Assembly (NCBI GenBank): GCA_963750045.1
Contig: CAVVPD010000002.1
Location: 199,736-263,735 of the forward strand
Direction of reading: 5' to 3'
From: an uncultured Actinomycetes bacterium
Lineage (GTDB): Bacteria; Actinomycetota; Acidimicrobiia; IMCC26256; DASPTH01
DNA length: 64,000 nt
Made by a program: the position numbers and the translations under genes. The notes under the pieces were generated by a model. The model ran no database searches and was not told the DNA's origin. It saw nothing but the letters and a program-made list of their open reading frames with translations. This document shows, piece by piece, positions 1-10,522 of the stretch (position 1 is the first letter of the stretch; each line of letters begins with the position of its first letter).

Positions 1-2401
1 CTTCGAGGTCGTCGACCTCGGGGTCGGAGAGGCCGAGGATCCGGATGAGGATGTCGCGGTTGTGCTCGCCCAGCAACGGCGCGGCCCGGCGGTTGTGCAC
101 CGTGGGCCCGTTCGCGTGACGGAAGGGCGCGCCGATGAAGCTCGCGGTGCCGGTCACCGGGTGCTCGACCGGTTCGAACAGCTTGCGCCAGACCACCTGC
201 TCCAACCGGTCGTGCTCGTGCGCGGGCACCACGGGCTCGGCGGGCACGCCCGCGCCGGACAGCGCCCGGACGATCGCGTGACCCGGGCGCGTGGCGCACC
301 ACGCCGCGAGGTACTCGTCGATCCGGTCTTCCACCCGGCGGCGACCTTCGGCACCGGCGAGCGCGGCGTCGGCCGCCCAGCTCGGCGCGTCCACGACCCG
401 GCACAGTGCCGACCACTGCTCGTCCGTGGCGACCGAGATCGCGACCCACCGGTCGCGAGCACCGTCGGGGTCGGCGTCGGCCGTGCGGTAGACGCCCTGG
501 GGCACGCACGTCGCGCCGCGATTGCCGCGCCGTTCGAGCAGGTGCCCGTACGCCGAGTGCTCGACGACCTGCTCGGCCGCGAGGTTGAGCGCCGAACCGA
601 CCATCGGGCACTCGAGGAACATCCCGCGCCCGGTGCGGCGGCGATACTCGAGCGCGAGCAGGAGGGCCACCGTCGCGTGCGCGCCGCCCATGGCGTCGGC
701 GACACCCGACGGCGGCTCGGGACCGCGGTCGGGGAAGCCGGTGATCCACGCCAGGCCGGCCTGCGCTTCGATCGTCGGCGCGTACGCCAGCCGCTCGCGC
801 CAGGGGCCGGTGATGCCGTAGGCCGGGGCGCGCAGCACGACGAGCTCCGGATTGCGCTCCAGTAGCACGGACTGGTCCAGGTCCCACTGCTCCAGCACCC
901 GGGGGCTGAAGTTGTCGAGCAGCACGTCACTGCGGTCGACGAGCTCGAGGAGCAGCTCCCTCCCGCGGATGGTGTCGAGCTCCACCGCGAGGTCGAGCTT
1001 GTTGGTGTTGGACCCCTGGAACATGGGGCACCATTCCCACCACTGCGGTTCTGACAGCGGGCGCGTCGTGTTGAGGCGGATGCCGTCGGGCCGCTTGGTC
1101 GACTCGACGTGGATCACCTCGGCGCCCAGGACCGCGCACGCGTACCCGATGATCGGGCCGGCCCAGAACGCGGTGACGTCGATCACCCGCACGCCCGCGA
1201 GCGGCAACGGGACCACCGCGGGGACCGGCACGACCTCCGCAGGGCGCGGCCGGGCTCCGGTGACGCGTGCGCGATGGCGCTCGGTGTCGCGCCCGACCGG
1301 CGGTGCAGGGGTGAGTGGGCGCGGCGTCGCGCCTCCACCGAGGCGGAAGGGCACCGACGGTTGCACGAAGCCGGCCGGGTTCCCGCTGAACCAGCCCCCG
1401 CCGACCAGGTGGTCGAAGTGCGGGAGGTTCTCTCCGTTCCCCACTTCCGCCACGGGGATCCGCATCAGCGTCGCCAGCTCGACGATCTCCTCGGTCCGCC
1501 GGGCCGACGTCCAAGCGTCGATCACCGCTTCGAGCTCCGGACGGTGCAGGGTGCGGTAGGTGCCGCGTGCCAGGCGGTCGTCGCCGCACCAGTCGTCGCG
1601 CCCGATCATCGTGCAGAAGTCGAGCCACTGCTGTCCGGTGGTCGTCTGCAGCGCGACGTATCCGTCGGCGGTGGGGTGCAGGTTCGGGAGCTGCGATGAT
1701 CGCACCGGCCGGAACGGCTCGCCCGCCATCTGGAACCACGTGACCGGGAAGAGCGGCTGGCTGAACATCAACGCGTCGAGGGCGGCGACGTCGACGAGGT
1801 CGCCGATCCCCGCGTCACGGGCACGCCGAAGTGCGGCCAGCGCTCCGATCGCCCCGTAGGTGCCGGCCGCGAAGTCGCCCGGCCGACCGCCGCACAGCAG
1901 CGGCGGCCGGTCCGGGGTGCCGCGCTGCACGTGGCCGCCGCAGAGAGCCTGGCGGGTGAAGTCGGTCGAGGGCCGATCACGCCACGGACCGTCGAGGCCG
2001 AAGGCGCTGAGCGCGACCACCACGGCGCGCGGGTGGTCACGGTGCACCGCCCGGGGGTGGAACCGCCCGTCGTCGGCGATCGCGGTCCCGGGCGACCAGA
2101 CGACGACCTCGGCGTCGGCGACCAACGCGTGCACCAATTCGATGTCCTGATCGACACCGGCCGCCGCGACCACGCTGTCCTTCGAGGTCGAGAGGAACCG
2201 GAAGAACGCGCCGTCCTCGCCCGGCGCCAATTCCCTGCCGCTCTCCGACCACCCGCGCAGCGGATCGCCGCCCGGGTCCTCGACCTTCGCCACGTCGGCC
2301 CCGCCGTCGGCGAGCAGCTTGGTGCAGTACGCGCCGGCCAGACCAGAGGAGAGATCGACGACGCGCGTGCCCGCGAGCGGCCAGGCCGAGCCAGCTTCCA
2401 T
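1..2401 (-). CDS. Fused two-domain family III (CaiB/BaiF) CoA-transferase; 3' end runs off the window, so it is absent from the supplied ORF track
   Basis: Own translation from ATG 2401: MEAGSAWPLAGTRVVDLSSGLAGAYCTKLLADGGADVAKVED.. A second N-terminal-type motif near 1210 reads PLAGVRVIDVTAFWAGPIIGYACAVLGAEVIHVES. A C-terminal-type motif near 60-130 reads LLGEHNRDILIRILGLSDPEVDDLE. No track ORF interrupts this frame. Confidence 0.8.
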   Translation of the reverse strand, partial: MEAGSAWPLAGTRVVDLSSGLAGAYCTKLLADGGADVAKVEDPGGDPLRGWSESGRELAPGEDGAFFRFLSTSKDSVVAAAGVDQDIELVHALVADAEVVVWSPGTAIADDGRFHPRAVHRDHPRAVVVALSAFGLDGPWRDRPSTDFTRQALCGGHVQRGTPDRPPLLCGGRPGDFAAGTYGAIGALAALRRARDAGIGDLVDVAALDALMFSQPLFPVTWFQMAGEPFRPVRSSQLPNLHPTADGYVALQTTTGQQWLDFCTMIGRDDWCGDDRLARGTYRTLHRPELEAVIDAWTSARRTEEIVELATLMRIPVAEVGNGENLPHFDHLVGGGWFSGNPAGFVQPSVPFRLGGGATPRPLTPAPPVGRDTERHRARVTGARPRPAEVVPVPAVVPLPLAGVRVIDVTAFWAGPIIGYACAVLGAEVIHVESTKRPDGIRLNTTRPLSEPQWWEWCPMFQGSNTNKLDLAVELDTIRGRELLLELVDRSDVLLDNFSPRVLEQWDLDQSVLLERNPELVVLRAPAYGITGPWRERLAYAPTIEAQAGLAWITGFPDRGPEPPSGVADAMGGAHATVALLLALEYRRRTGRGMFLECPMVGSALNLAAEQVVEHSAYGHLLERRGNRGATCVPQGVYRTADADPDGARDRWVAISVATDEQWSALCRVVDAPSWAADAALAGAEGRRRVEDRIDEYLAAWCATRPGHAIVRALSGAGVPAEPVVPAHEHDRLEQVVWRKLFEPVEHPVTGTASFIGAPFRHANGPTVHNRRAAPLLGEHNRDILIRILGLSDPEVDDLE

Positions 2402-2556
2402 CCCCGGGACGGTAGGTCACCGGGGTCGCGGCGGTCCGAGCAGGCCGCAGGGCTCCGGGCGCGCGATGCTGGACCTTGCCATCCTCAGCGGTCCCGCATC
2501 GTGCCGGACACACAAGGCGAACGGCTGGGAGACCAGTCGAAGGGAGAGGTCCTCAC

Positions 2557-3045
2557 ATGAGCGGCAACGGTGCACCGACGAGTTTCGAACGGCTCGTCGT
2601 GGGCGTGGACGGGTCCGACGGCGCGCAACGCGCGCTCCGCTGGTGCGCGGATCTCGCCACCAAGACCGACGCTCACGTCCATGCGGTGCACGTCGCATCG
2701 AACACCTGGCTCGTCGAGCTCGCGGCACTGCAGTTCAACACCCAGCCCATGATCGACGAGCTCCGCGCGAAGATGAGCGGAGAGTGGACGCAGGTGCTCC
2801 GGGACCAGGATCTCGTCTACACGGCCGACGTGCTCCAGGGCGATCCCGCCACCACCCTCCTGCAGACCGCCGAGACCCATCACGCGGCCCTCGTCGTGGT
2901 GGGCGCGAGCAGTCACTCGGGACTGCACGACGAGTTGCTCGGGGGTACGGCGCACCGCTTGGTGAACCTCGCCACGGTGCCCGTCGTCGTCGTCCCCACG
3001 CCCCCGGGCGAGCGGAAAGAACGCTGGGTCCCGATCCCCGGCTGA
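2557..3045 (+). CDS. Universal stress protein (UspA family)
   Basis: Start trimmed to ATG 2557, preceded by AGGGAGAGG. Sequence FERLVVGVDGSDGAQRALRW...LVVVGASSHSGLHDELLGGTAHRLVNLATVPVVVVP is the typical USP ATP-binding tail. Confidence 0.8.
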   Translation: MSGNGAPTSFERLVVGVDGSDGAQRALRWCADLATKTDAHVHAVHVASNTWLVELAALQFNTQPMIDELRAKMSGEWTQVLRDQDLVYTADVLQGDPATTLLQTAETHHAALVVVGASSHSGLHDELLGGTAHRLVNLATVPVVVVPTPPGERKERWVPIPG

Positions 3046-3073
3046 CCACCGGTGCCACCGGGCGCGGGCCCGG

Positions 3074-4090
3074 CTAGGACGGAGCGTCGAGGGCGGCCGC
3101 GAGTGCGGGCACCTCGGCGAGGCACCGGAGCATGTCGTTGAGGTGGGTGCAGCTCTGGATCTCGGTGAGCGTGGTCTGCACGCTCGTGCGGAACGACTCG
3201 ACCGGCCGGCCCAGCAACAGCTCGACGTGCGGCGGTGCCCACTGGCACTCGGGGAACGGCAACACGTGCGGCTGCGCCCGCACCTCGCTCAGGGTGCGAG
3301 TCGCGGCATCGACCCGGGCGAAGACGGTGTACTCGTGGAGGGCCATCTCCGTCCCGTCGGGTTCCCAGCAGCTGTCACGGAAGAAGGTGTCGACCACGAG
3401 CGACTCCCGGTCGCGCGAGACGTCGATGCGCCGTTGCCGCCGCATCGCCACCACGGGTCGTTCGGGGAACTCGTGCCAGGCCCAGGGATCGTCGGTCGCG
3501 AGCAGCCCTGCCGTCCGGAGCGAATGCCCGGGATCGGTGCCGTCGACGATCGCAAGTTGCGCGGTTCCACCGGGCCGCAGCCCGGAGCAGATCACCCGAC
3601 CCTTGCGCACCCCGAACTCGGTCGGGCGAGCCTGCGGGCGAGGCGTGGGCCGGTGACGGGTCCACACGAACCCGGCGATGAGGCTGGTGCCGGCGATGTC
3701 GTCGAGCAGGAGGTGCAGCGGCGTGCCCGCCTCCCGCTCACCGGGGAGCACCTCGTCGATCGCGGAGCGGAGGTAGGACCCACCCTGCGTGCCGACCAAC
3801 CCCTCGATCCCCGGCCGCTCCGGCACCGTCTCGATCGACGCGACCCGGCGGGCGTCACCGATGGTGACGTGCATCTCCGCTTCCCCGAGCACGACGGGCT
3901 CGAGCGAGGCGGTCGTGAGCAGGTCACGGGCCCGGCCTTCGAGGTGCAGCGGGGAACCGATGCCGTCGGGCCAGGTCATGTCGATCGACGAGGTGCGCCG
4001 CGCCGATCCGGGGCGCCGGGCGACCGTGCCCGCACGGGAGTCGTCAAGGGGCTCCGGGAGCGATCCGGGCGTGGTGAGGGTTCCGGTCAT
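3074..4090 (-). CDS. Conserved hypothetical protein, DUF2889-like (family name from memory of the C-terminal CTHL motif)
   Basis: 338-aa ORF with natural composition. C-terminal ...LTEIQSCTHLNDMLRCLAEVP. Confidence 0.5.
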   Translation of the reverse strand: MTGTLTTPGSLPEPLDDSRAGTVARRPGSARRTSSIDMTWPDGIGSPLHLEGRARDLLTTASLEPVVLGEAEMHVTIGDARRVASIETVPERPGIEGLVGTQGGSYLRSAIDEVLPGEREAGTPLHLLLDDIAGTSLIAGFVWTRHRPTPRPQARPTEFGVRKGRVICSGLRPGGTAQLAIVDGTDPGHSLRTAGLLATDDPWAWHEFPERPVVAMRRQRRIDVSRDRESLVVDTFFRDSCWEPDGTEMALHEYTVFARVDAATRTLSEVRAQPHVLPFPECQWAPPHVELLLGRPVESFRTSVQTTLTEIQSCTHLNDMLRCLAEVPALAAALDAPS

Positions 4091-4239
4091 CGGTCCAGTC
4101 TAGCGAGAACACCGTTCTCACACCGGTGGCGTCCGCCGGCCGAAGACGGGATCGCCGCGGTGACGCCGCACCTGCCGCAACCTCAGAGCGCTGCAATAGG
4201 GTTGCCGCTTTCCCGTGCCACAACGTCCGTGGGGGACGC

Positions 4240-4998
4240 ATGCAGTCCAGTGAGCTGTTCTCCGTCGCCGGCAAATCAGTCGTCGTCACCGGCGCGTCGA
4301 GCGGTCTCGGCGAGCGCTTCGCGCGCGTCCTCGGCGCCAACGGTGCGAACGTGCTGGCGGTGGCTCGCCGCGCCGATCGCCTCGACCGGCTGGCCGCGGA
4401 GGTTCCCGGCGTCGTCGCGCACCCGGCCGACCTGTTCCGGGAAGCCGAACGGGCGACGGTCGTCGACACCGCGGTCGAACGCTTCGGCCGGATCGACGTG
4501 TTGGTCAACAACGCGGGGTACGGCGCCGTCGTCCCGGCCCTCGACGAGCCTGTGGCCACGTTCCGCGACGTCGTCGAGCTGAACCTGGTGGCGGTCTTCG
4601 AGCTCGCCCGCCTCGCGGCGCGCCACATGATCGAAACCGGCACGGGGTCGATCGTCAACATCGCGTCGGTACTGGGCTCGGTGGCCTCCGCACCGATGCC
4701 CAACGCCGGCTACACCGCCTCCAAGGGCGCGGTCGTCAACCTCACACGCGAGCTGGCGTGCCAGTGGGCTCGAAAGGGGCTGCGGGTGAACGCGATCTCC
4801 CCGGGCTTCTTCCCGACCGAGATGACCGAAGGGATCGAGGAAGGGTCGACGCACGACTACCTCGTCCGCAACCTTCCGATGGGACGGCTCGGCGAGCTCC
4901 ACGAGCTCGACGGCGTGCTGCTGTTCCTCGCCAGCGACGCGTCGACCTACTGCACCGGCCAGAACCTCACGATCGACGGCGGGTGGACCGCCCGGTGA
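4240..4998 (+). CDS. Short-chain dehydrogenase/reductase (SDR)
   Basis: Start trimmed to ATG 4240. TGASSGLG cofactor motif, NNAG, and the YTASK catalytic Tyr/Lys. Confidence 0.85.
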   Translation: MQSSELFSVAGKSVVVTGASSGLGERFARVLGANGANVLAVARRADRLDRLAAEVPGVVAHPADLFREAERATVVDTAVERFGRIDVLVNNAGYGAVVPALDEPVATFRDVVELNLVAVFELARLAARHMIETGTGSIVNIASVLGSVASAPMPNAGYTASKGAVVNLTRELACQWARKGLRVNAISPGFFPTEMTEGIEEGSTHDYLVRNLPMGRLGELHELDGVLLFLASDASTYCTGQNLTIDGGWTAR

Positions 4999-5011
4999 GC
5001 CCGGCAGCTGC

Positions 5012-6468
5012 GTGAACCGGTCGACCGCTGCCATCGCCGGCGCCGCGCAGGTCGTCCAGCGCCCGGGCGATTGGACCGATCCGATCGAGGCACGCGGCCC
5101 GATCGAGCTCATGGTCGACGCGGCGCGCGCCGCCGCGAACGACGCGGGCGCCCCGGGGCTGCTCCGGCGGGTCGGCTGGATCGGCGTGGCGGGTGGCTTC
5201 TGGCGCTACGCGAACCCGGGTCAGGTCGTCGGGCAGCGCATCGGGACGCCCTCCGCGGGCACCGCGCTGACCCCCATCTCCGGCAGCGCGCCGCAAGAGC
5301 TCGTCGGCCTCGCCGCGGAGCGGATCATGCGGGGAGAGCTCGACGTCGCCCTGGTATTGGGCGGCGAGGCACGGTGGACGCACCAGCGACTGAAGCGCGA
5401 GGGCGAGGAGCCACGCTGGACGACGGACCCGGGTGAGGGCACTCCCGAGGTGGTCTCCGGCTTTCCCGACGAGATGTTGCACGAGGCGCGCGCGCTCGGG
5501 GCGCGCCGCCGGCGTACGCCCTCTTCGAGGACAGCCTGCGTTGCGCGCGTGGGGAGAGCATGGCCGAGCACCGCGACGGCATCGCCGCACTGTGGGCGGC
5601 GTTCAGCGCGGTCGCGGCCGAAAACCCGTGGTCGTGGGACCGTGAGGCCAAGACCGCCGCGCAGATCCGCGAGCCGTCACGCGACAACCGGATGATCGCG
5701 TTCCCGTACACGAAGGCGATGGTCGCCAACAACACCGTCGACATGGCCTCGGCAATCCTCCTGTGCAGCGTCGACGCGGCCGCGGCGGCCGGAGCATCCG
5801 CCGATCGCCTCGTGTTCCCGCACGTCGTCACGAGCAGCCACGAGACCTGGCAGGTGGCCAACCGCCACGAGCTCCACCGCGCGCCGGCACTCGCCGTCGC
5901 CGGTCACGCCGCGTTCGCGCACGCAGGCGTCACCGCCAGGGACATCGCGCACGTCGACCTCTACGCGTGCTTCCCCGCGGTGGTGCAGATGAGCACCGCC
6001 GCTTTGGCGCTCGACCCCGCTCGCCCGCTCACGGTCACCGGTGGGCTCGGCTTCGCGGGGGCTCCGATCGGCAACGCCGCCGGCCAGTCGATCGCGGCGA
6101 TGGTGCCCAAGGTGCGCGATGGCGGCTTCGGGCTCGTGCACGCCAACGGCGGCAACGCCACCAAGCACGCGTTCGGGCTCTACTCGAATGGTCCACCAGC
6201 GAGGTACGCGCGGATCGACTGCCAGGCGTCGGTTCGCGACGAACCGCGTCCCAGATTCGCCGACGACTTCGAGGGCGCGGTCACGGTCGAGGCGACGACC
6301 GTCGTGTTCGATCGCGAGGGCCCCTCACATGTGCTCGCCGCCGTCCGCGACGCGACCGGAGCGCGCGGCTGGGCGACCACCCATGACCCGGAACTGATCG
6401 CCGACGCGATGGACACCGGCCTGGCCGGGACCACGGCGAGACGGAGCGCGACCGGCACGCTCGGCTGA
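5012..6468 (+). pseudogene. Thiolase-like (SCP-x/acetyl-CoA acetyltransferase-like) gene, frameshifted as sequenced
   Basis: The N-terminal half is track ORF 5012-5695 up to ..EMLHEARALG. It continues in another frame as PAYALFEDSLRCARGESMAEHRDGIAALWAAFSAVAAENPW (ORF 5560-6468). The join lies at the G4 run 5498-5501. Confidence 0.75.
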
Positions 6469-6478
6469 CGCGGCGGCG

Positions 6479-7747
6479 TCAGGTGTTCCAGGTCGCGGCG
6501 TCGCGCAGCACGTCGACGAACGGCTTGTTGGTGTCGAAGCTCGGTTCTCGGGGCAGCCCGAGCACGCGCTCGCCGATCGCGTTGCGCTGCATCTCGTTGG
6601 TACCGCCGGCGATCGACATGATTCGGCCGTTCAGGAAATCGAGCGCGGCGCGCTGGTCACCGATGTCGCCCACCTTCCAGGTCATCGCGATGCCGCCGCC
6701 GATCTCCATGCCGATACGGGCCCGGATCGGCAGGAACGTGCCGGCGGCGAGCTTCCCGAACACGGCGATACCCGTCGCGCGCTTCGGGTCGAGCCGGATG
6801 TGCTGGCCGATGCGACGACCGAGTTGGGCGTGGACGTAGGCGTTGGTGTGGGCACGCGCGATCTGTTGGCGCACGACCGGCTCGTTCTCGCGTCCGGCCC
6901 GCCGGGCGAGCGCGACGAGATCGGGGGCCAGGCCGGCCCGTTCGCCGTTCGCCGCGGCGGGCGCGGGTGGTGGTCCACCGGCCCCGCGCTCGAACATAAG
7001 CATCGTCTGAGCGACGCTCCACCCCTGGTCCACGTCCCCGATCACGTCGTCGTCGGTCAACTCGACGTCGTCGAGGAACTCCTGGCAGAACTCGTCGTCG
7101 CCGTTGATCTCGCGGATCGGCTGCACCGTCACCCCGGGCGCGTCGAGGCGCACCGCGAACCAAGTGAGGCCTCGGTGCTTCGGTACGTCCCAATCGGTCC
7201 GCGCCAGGCACATCCCGTAGTCGGCGAAGGCGGCGCCGCTGCTCCAGATCTTCGCCCCGTTGAGGATCCAGCGCGAGCCGTCGCGGGTGGCGCGAGTGGT
7301 GATGCCGGCGAGGTCGGATCCCGCGCCCGGCTCCGAGAACAGCTGGCACCAGAGCTCCTCGCCCGCCAGCATGCGCGGGATGTGCCGCTGGAGGAATTCC
7401 GGTGAGGCGTGGCGCAGCATCGTGTTCCCGCACACGCCGTAGGTGGTGCCGCCGACGATCCCGAGCGCCGGCATGCGGTACCTCGTCGATTCCGCGAGGA
7501 ACGCGGCTTCGTGCTCGCCGCTCAAGCCCTGACCGCCGTACTCACGCGGCCACGTGATGCCGACGTAGCCCGCGTCGAAGAGGCGCCGCTGGAGCGCGCG
7601 TGCACGGGCCATGCCCTCCGGCGTCTGGTGGTGGGCGCCGCGGAGGTACGGCAGCGAGTCGTCGAGTGGCTCGAGGTTGGCGGCCAGCCACTCGCGTGCC
7701 CGCGTGCGGAACTTCTCGAGGTCGAGGTCGAGGTCGTGGTCGGCCAT
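6479..7747 (-). CDS. Acyl-CoA dehydrogenase
   Basis: 422 aa. ACAD-type C-terminus IAGGTNEMQRNAIGERVLGLP. Confidence 0.85.
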   Translation of the reverse strand: MADHDLDLDLEKFRTRAREWLAANLEPLDDSLPYLRGAHHQTPEGMARARALQRRLFDAGYVGITWPREYGGQGLSGEHEAAFLAESTRYRMPALGIVGGTTYGVCGNTMLRHASPEFLQRHIPRMLAGEELWCQLFSEPGAGSDLAGITTRATRDGSRWILNGAKIWSSGAAFADYGMCLARTDWDVPKHRGLTWFAVRLDAPGVTVQPIREINGDDEFCQEFLDDVELTDDDVIGDVDQGWSVAQTMLMFERGAGGPPPAPAAANGERAGLAPDLVALARRAGRENEPVVRQQIARAHTNAYVHAQLGRRIGQHIRLDPKRATGIAVFGKLAAGTFLPIRARIGMEIGGGIAMTWKVGDIGDQRAALDFLNGRIMSIAGGTNEMQRNAIGERVLGLPREPSFDTNKPFVDVLRDAATWNT

Positions 7748-7750
7748 GGC

Positions 7751-8884
7751 TCAGCTCGCTCCCAACCCGTGCAGCCGGCAGATGCGTTCCCGGTGCCACG
7801 TCGCGTCGCCGTAGAGCGCGGCTTCGAGCGTCAGCCGGCGCAGGTAGAGGTGGAAGTCGTGCTCCCACGTGTATGCGATCCCACCGAAGGTCTGCCAGCA
7901 GTTCTGCGCGAGGTCGACGCCCGCTTCGCCCACGAAGGCCTTCGCCATGCTCGCGGCTTCCGAGGCGTTCGGGCGCTCGTGCTGCACGGCGTGGGTCGCG
8001 CCGACGGCGACGGCCTTGCTCTCCTCGAGCAACAAGGCGGTGTCGGCCAGCAGGTGCTTCACGGCCTGGAACGAGCCGATCGGGCGCCCGAATGCGGTGC
8101 GCACCTTGGCGTAGTCGACCGTCGTCTCGAAGATCTGGTCCATCGCACCCACTGATTCCGCAACGGTCAACACCGCGGCGAGATCGAGCTGGTGCTCGAT
8201 CGCCGCGACTGCCTCACCGCGCACGCCGAGCATCTGCGCGCGGGGAGCCTCGACGTCGTCGAACGTCACCTCGCACAGCTGCCGCGTGAGATCGAAACCC
8301 GCGAGCGGCGTGATCCGCACACCGGGCGCGTCGGCGGCGACGACGAACTGCGTGATGCCGCCGTCGTCGGCGGCAGCCACGAGCATCCAGTCGGCGCGAG
8401 CCGCGTCCGGCACCATCCCCTTCGCGCCCGACAGGCGCGCCGACGCGCCCTGCCACCTCGTGTCGACGCCGCTTTGGGGCCGGAACGCACCGACGGCATC
8501 GGCGACCGCCCACGTCACGACCTGCTCCCCCGCCACCAACGCGGGGAGCACCTCGGCCCGGAGGTCGTCGGAGCCGTGCACCGCGATCGCGTGCGCGGCG
8601 ACGTTCATGGCGACGAACGGGCCCGGTTGCAGCAGCCTGCCGCGCTCCTCGGCGACGATCGCCGCATCGCGGAGCCCGTCGCCGGAGATGCTGCCGCCGC
8701 CGAGCGCGTCGGGCACGAGCATGGCGAACCAGCCGAGCTCCCCCGCCTGGGCGAGGTACTCGGCTCCGACCGCGCCGCCGGTGTCAGCGGCGGCACGCAC
8801 GGTGGTCATCGGGCACGCCGACTCGACGAAGCGACGCGTCGTGTCGCGGAACAGCTCCTGATCGGACGTGAGATCGAGATCCAT
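7751..8884 (-). CDS. Acyl-CoA dehydrogenase (FadE-like), adjacent to and co-directional with 6479-7747
   Basis: 377 aa. N-terminus MDLDLTSDQELFRDTTRRFV and C-terminus FGGIAYTWEHDFHLYLRR. Confidence 0.8.
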   Translation of the reverse strand: MDLDLTSDQELFRDTTRRFVESACPMTTVRAAADTGGAVGAEYLAQAGELGWFAMLVPDALGGGSISGDGLRDAAIVAEERGRLLQPGPFVAMNVAAHAIAVHGSDDLRAEVLPALVAGEQVVTWAVADAVGAFRPQSGVDTRWQGASARLSGAKGMVPDAARADWMLVAAADDGGITQFVVAADAPGVRITPLAGFDLTRQLCEVTFDDVEAPRAQMLGVRGEAVAAIEHQLDLAAVLTVAESVGAMDQIFETTVDYAKVRTAFGRPIGSFQAVKHLLADTALLLEESKAVAVGATHAVQHERPNASEAASMAKAFVGEAGVDLAQNCWQTFGGIAYTWEHDFHLYLRRLTLEAALYGDATWHRERICRLHGLGAS

Positions 8885-8901
8885 CCGGATCTGCCGTGCC
8901 C

Positions 8902-10173
8902 CTAAGCGGGGAGATCGAGGAACCGGGCGAGGTTGTCGCGCATCACCGACTTCGTGTCGTCGTCGGTCAGGTTCTTGAGCTGACCGAGGTACATCTGCGG
9001 CTCGGGCAGCCCCTCACCGTGGGGGAAGTCGGAGCCGAACACGATCGGCTTGGGACCGACCGCCTCGATGATGCGGTCGACGTTCTCCTCGGGGAACGGC
9101 GCCACGAAGCAGTGGTCCTTGAAGTAGTCGCTCGGACGCCGGTCGAGCGTGCCCCAGGTGGCACGGCGGCCCATGAGGAACGCATGGTCGAGCTTGCGGA
9201 TCGTGTACGGCACCCACACCGAACCCTGCTCCGAGAGCAGCAGCTGCATCTTCGGGAAGCGGGCGAACCACCCCTGGAGGATCGCGGCGCCGACGGTCTC
9301 CATCGCCGGGCGGTCGCCGTAGTAGAAGACCCACTGGAAGGCGTCCATGTCGCCGAGCATGACCTCGTCCTCGTTCCACTCGAGGCCGGCCTTGCCGTAG
9401 CGGGTGACGGTGGCGAGGTGCGTGCAGAGCTTGATGCCCGCCTCGCTGCAGATCGACCAGAAGCGGTCGTTCTCCGGGCGGAACGGCGACGTGCCCATCG
9501 ACGGGCCCGTCGACGTCTGGATCACCTTCGGCACCTCGAGCTTCATGATCTCGTCGAGCTGCAGCAGCGCCATCTCGGGATCGGCGAACGATACGAAGGG
9601 CGGGGTGAACAGGCGGTTCTCGTAGTTGTAGCCCCACTCCGTGCCGAGGTAGCGGTTGAGTGCGATCAGGTTGGCGTAGAGGCCTTCGTAGTCGTCCTCG
9701 AACTCCACCTCGGTACCGGGCAGGGTGGCGTAGTTCACCGCACACTGGATGCCCTGCGCGTCCATCACGGTGAGGCGGTCGGCCGGGTTGTCGAGCTGCT
9801 CCTGCATCGCGCGGTACTTCCGGGCGAACTCCTTGCGGCCCTCGGCGTCGAGCTCCTTCAGGGGGTTCAACTTGGTGAGGAGCGATCCCGGGATGACCTG
9901 GCCCCCCATCTCCTCCGAGGCGCCGAGATCCTTGATCCCGAACTCCTCGAGCTGGTCGTTGGACCCGACCACCTGGAAGTTCTTGAACGTGAACTTCGCC
10001 GGTCGCCCGTTGAAGGTCATCTCCCAACGGCCGCCGTCGGTCTTCACGATCTTGATCGCCATGTCGCGCTTGTCGGGGTCGATGTAGCGCTCGTACGCGC
10101 CCCGGCCCGGCGTGGAGTGCTCGTCGGCGTCGTTGATGAGGTAGGGAAGGGACGGTGCCTGCGTGTCGCTCAT
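8902..10173 (-). CDS. Amidohydrolase_2 family metal-dependent hydrolase/decarboxylase
   Basis: 423 aa. N-terminal INDADEH metal motif and C-terminal VFGSDFPHGEG. Confidence 0.8.
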   Translation of the reverse strand: MSDTQAPSLPYLINDADEHSTPGRGAYERYIDPDKRDMAIKIVKTDGGRWEMTFNGRPAKFTFKNFQVVGSNDQLEEFGIKDLGASEEMGGQVIPGSLLTKLNPLKELDAEGRKEFARKYRAMQEQLDNPADRLTVMDAQGIQCAVNYATLPGTEVEFEDDYEGLYANLIALNRYLGTEWGYNYENRLFTPPFVSFADPEMALLQLDEIMKLEVPKVIQTSTGPSMGTSPFRPENDRFWSICSEAGIKLCTHLATVTRYGKAGLEWNEDEVMLGDMDAFQWVFYYGDRPAMETVGAAILQGWFARFPKMQLLLSEQGSVWVPYTIRKLDHAFLMGRRATWGTLDRRPSDYFKDHCFVAPFPEENVDRIIEAVGPKPIVFGSDFPHGEGLPEPQMYLGQLKNLTDDDTKSVMRDNLARFLDLPA

Positions 10174-10371
10174 CGGTTCGAGACTCCTCGTGTCGGATGG
10201 GTCGGATGCACTGACCGACCACCACGACCGGTGGTTCCGTCGTTGAGAATCAACATTTCACAGGCATCGCGCGGGTGCAAGGAGGCGGGAGTGCTTCCGC
10301 GGCGCCGGCGAATCCCCGTAGGCTGTGAAAACCTCATTTTCACTCGTGCCCCAGCGGCAGAGAGGTCTCCC

Positions 10372-10522
10372 ATGGACAAGATCTGGACCAACTCGGGCGA
10401 CTCCCACAGCATGGAGCCGCCCGACCTCTACCGCACCCGCATGACCCCCAAGTACCGCGGAGCGCATGCCGCGCTCGGAGTTCGTCGACGGGGTCTGGGG
10501 CAACGACTGCCCGCGCTTGTAG
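10372..10522 (+). pseudogene. N-terminal remnant of an amidohydrolase_2 gene
   Basis: MDKIWTNSGDSHSMEPPDLYRTRMTPKYR, then after a 1-nt shift ERMPRSEFVDGVW. It resembles the N-termini of the intact paralogs (e.g. ISVDDHVIEPPNVWQDRLPRGYAERAPRVE). It stops after about 50 codons. Confidence 0.55.

Noticed and set aside
62-2560. All track ORFs between 62 and 2560 (for example 62-865 plus, 154-930 minus, 927-1739 minus)
   Set aside because: None is protein-like. The real gene is the unlisted edge-truncated minus frame encoding the double CoA-transferase.
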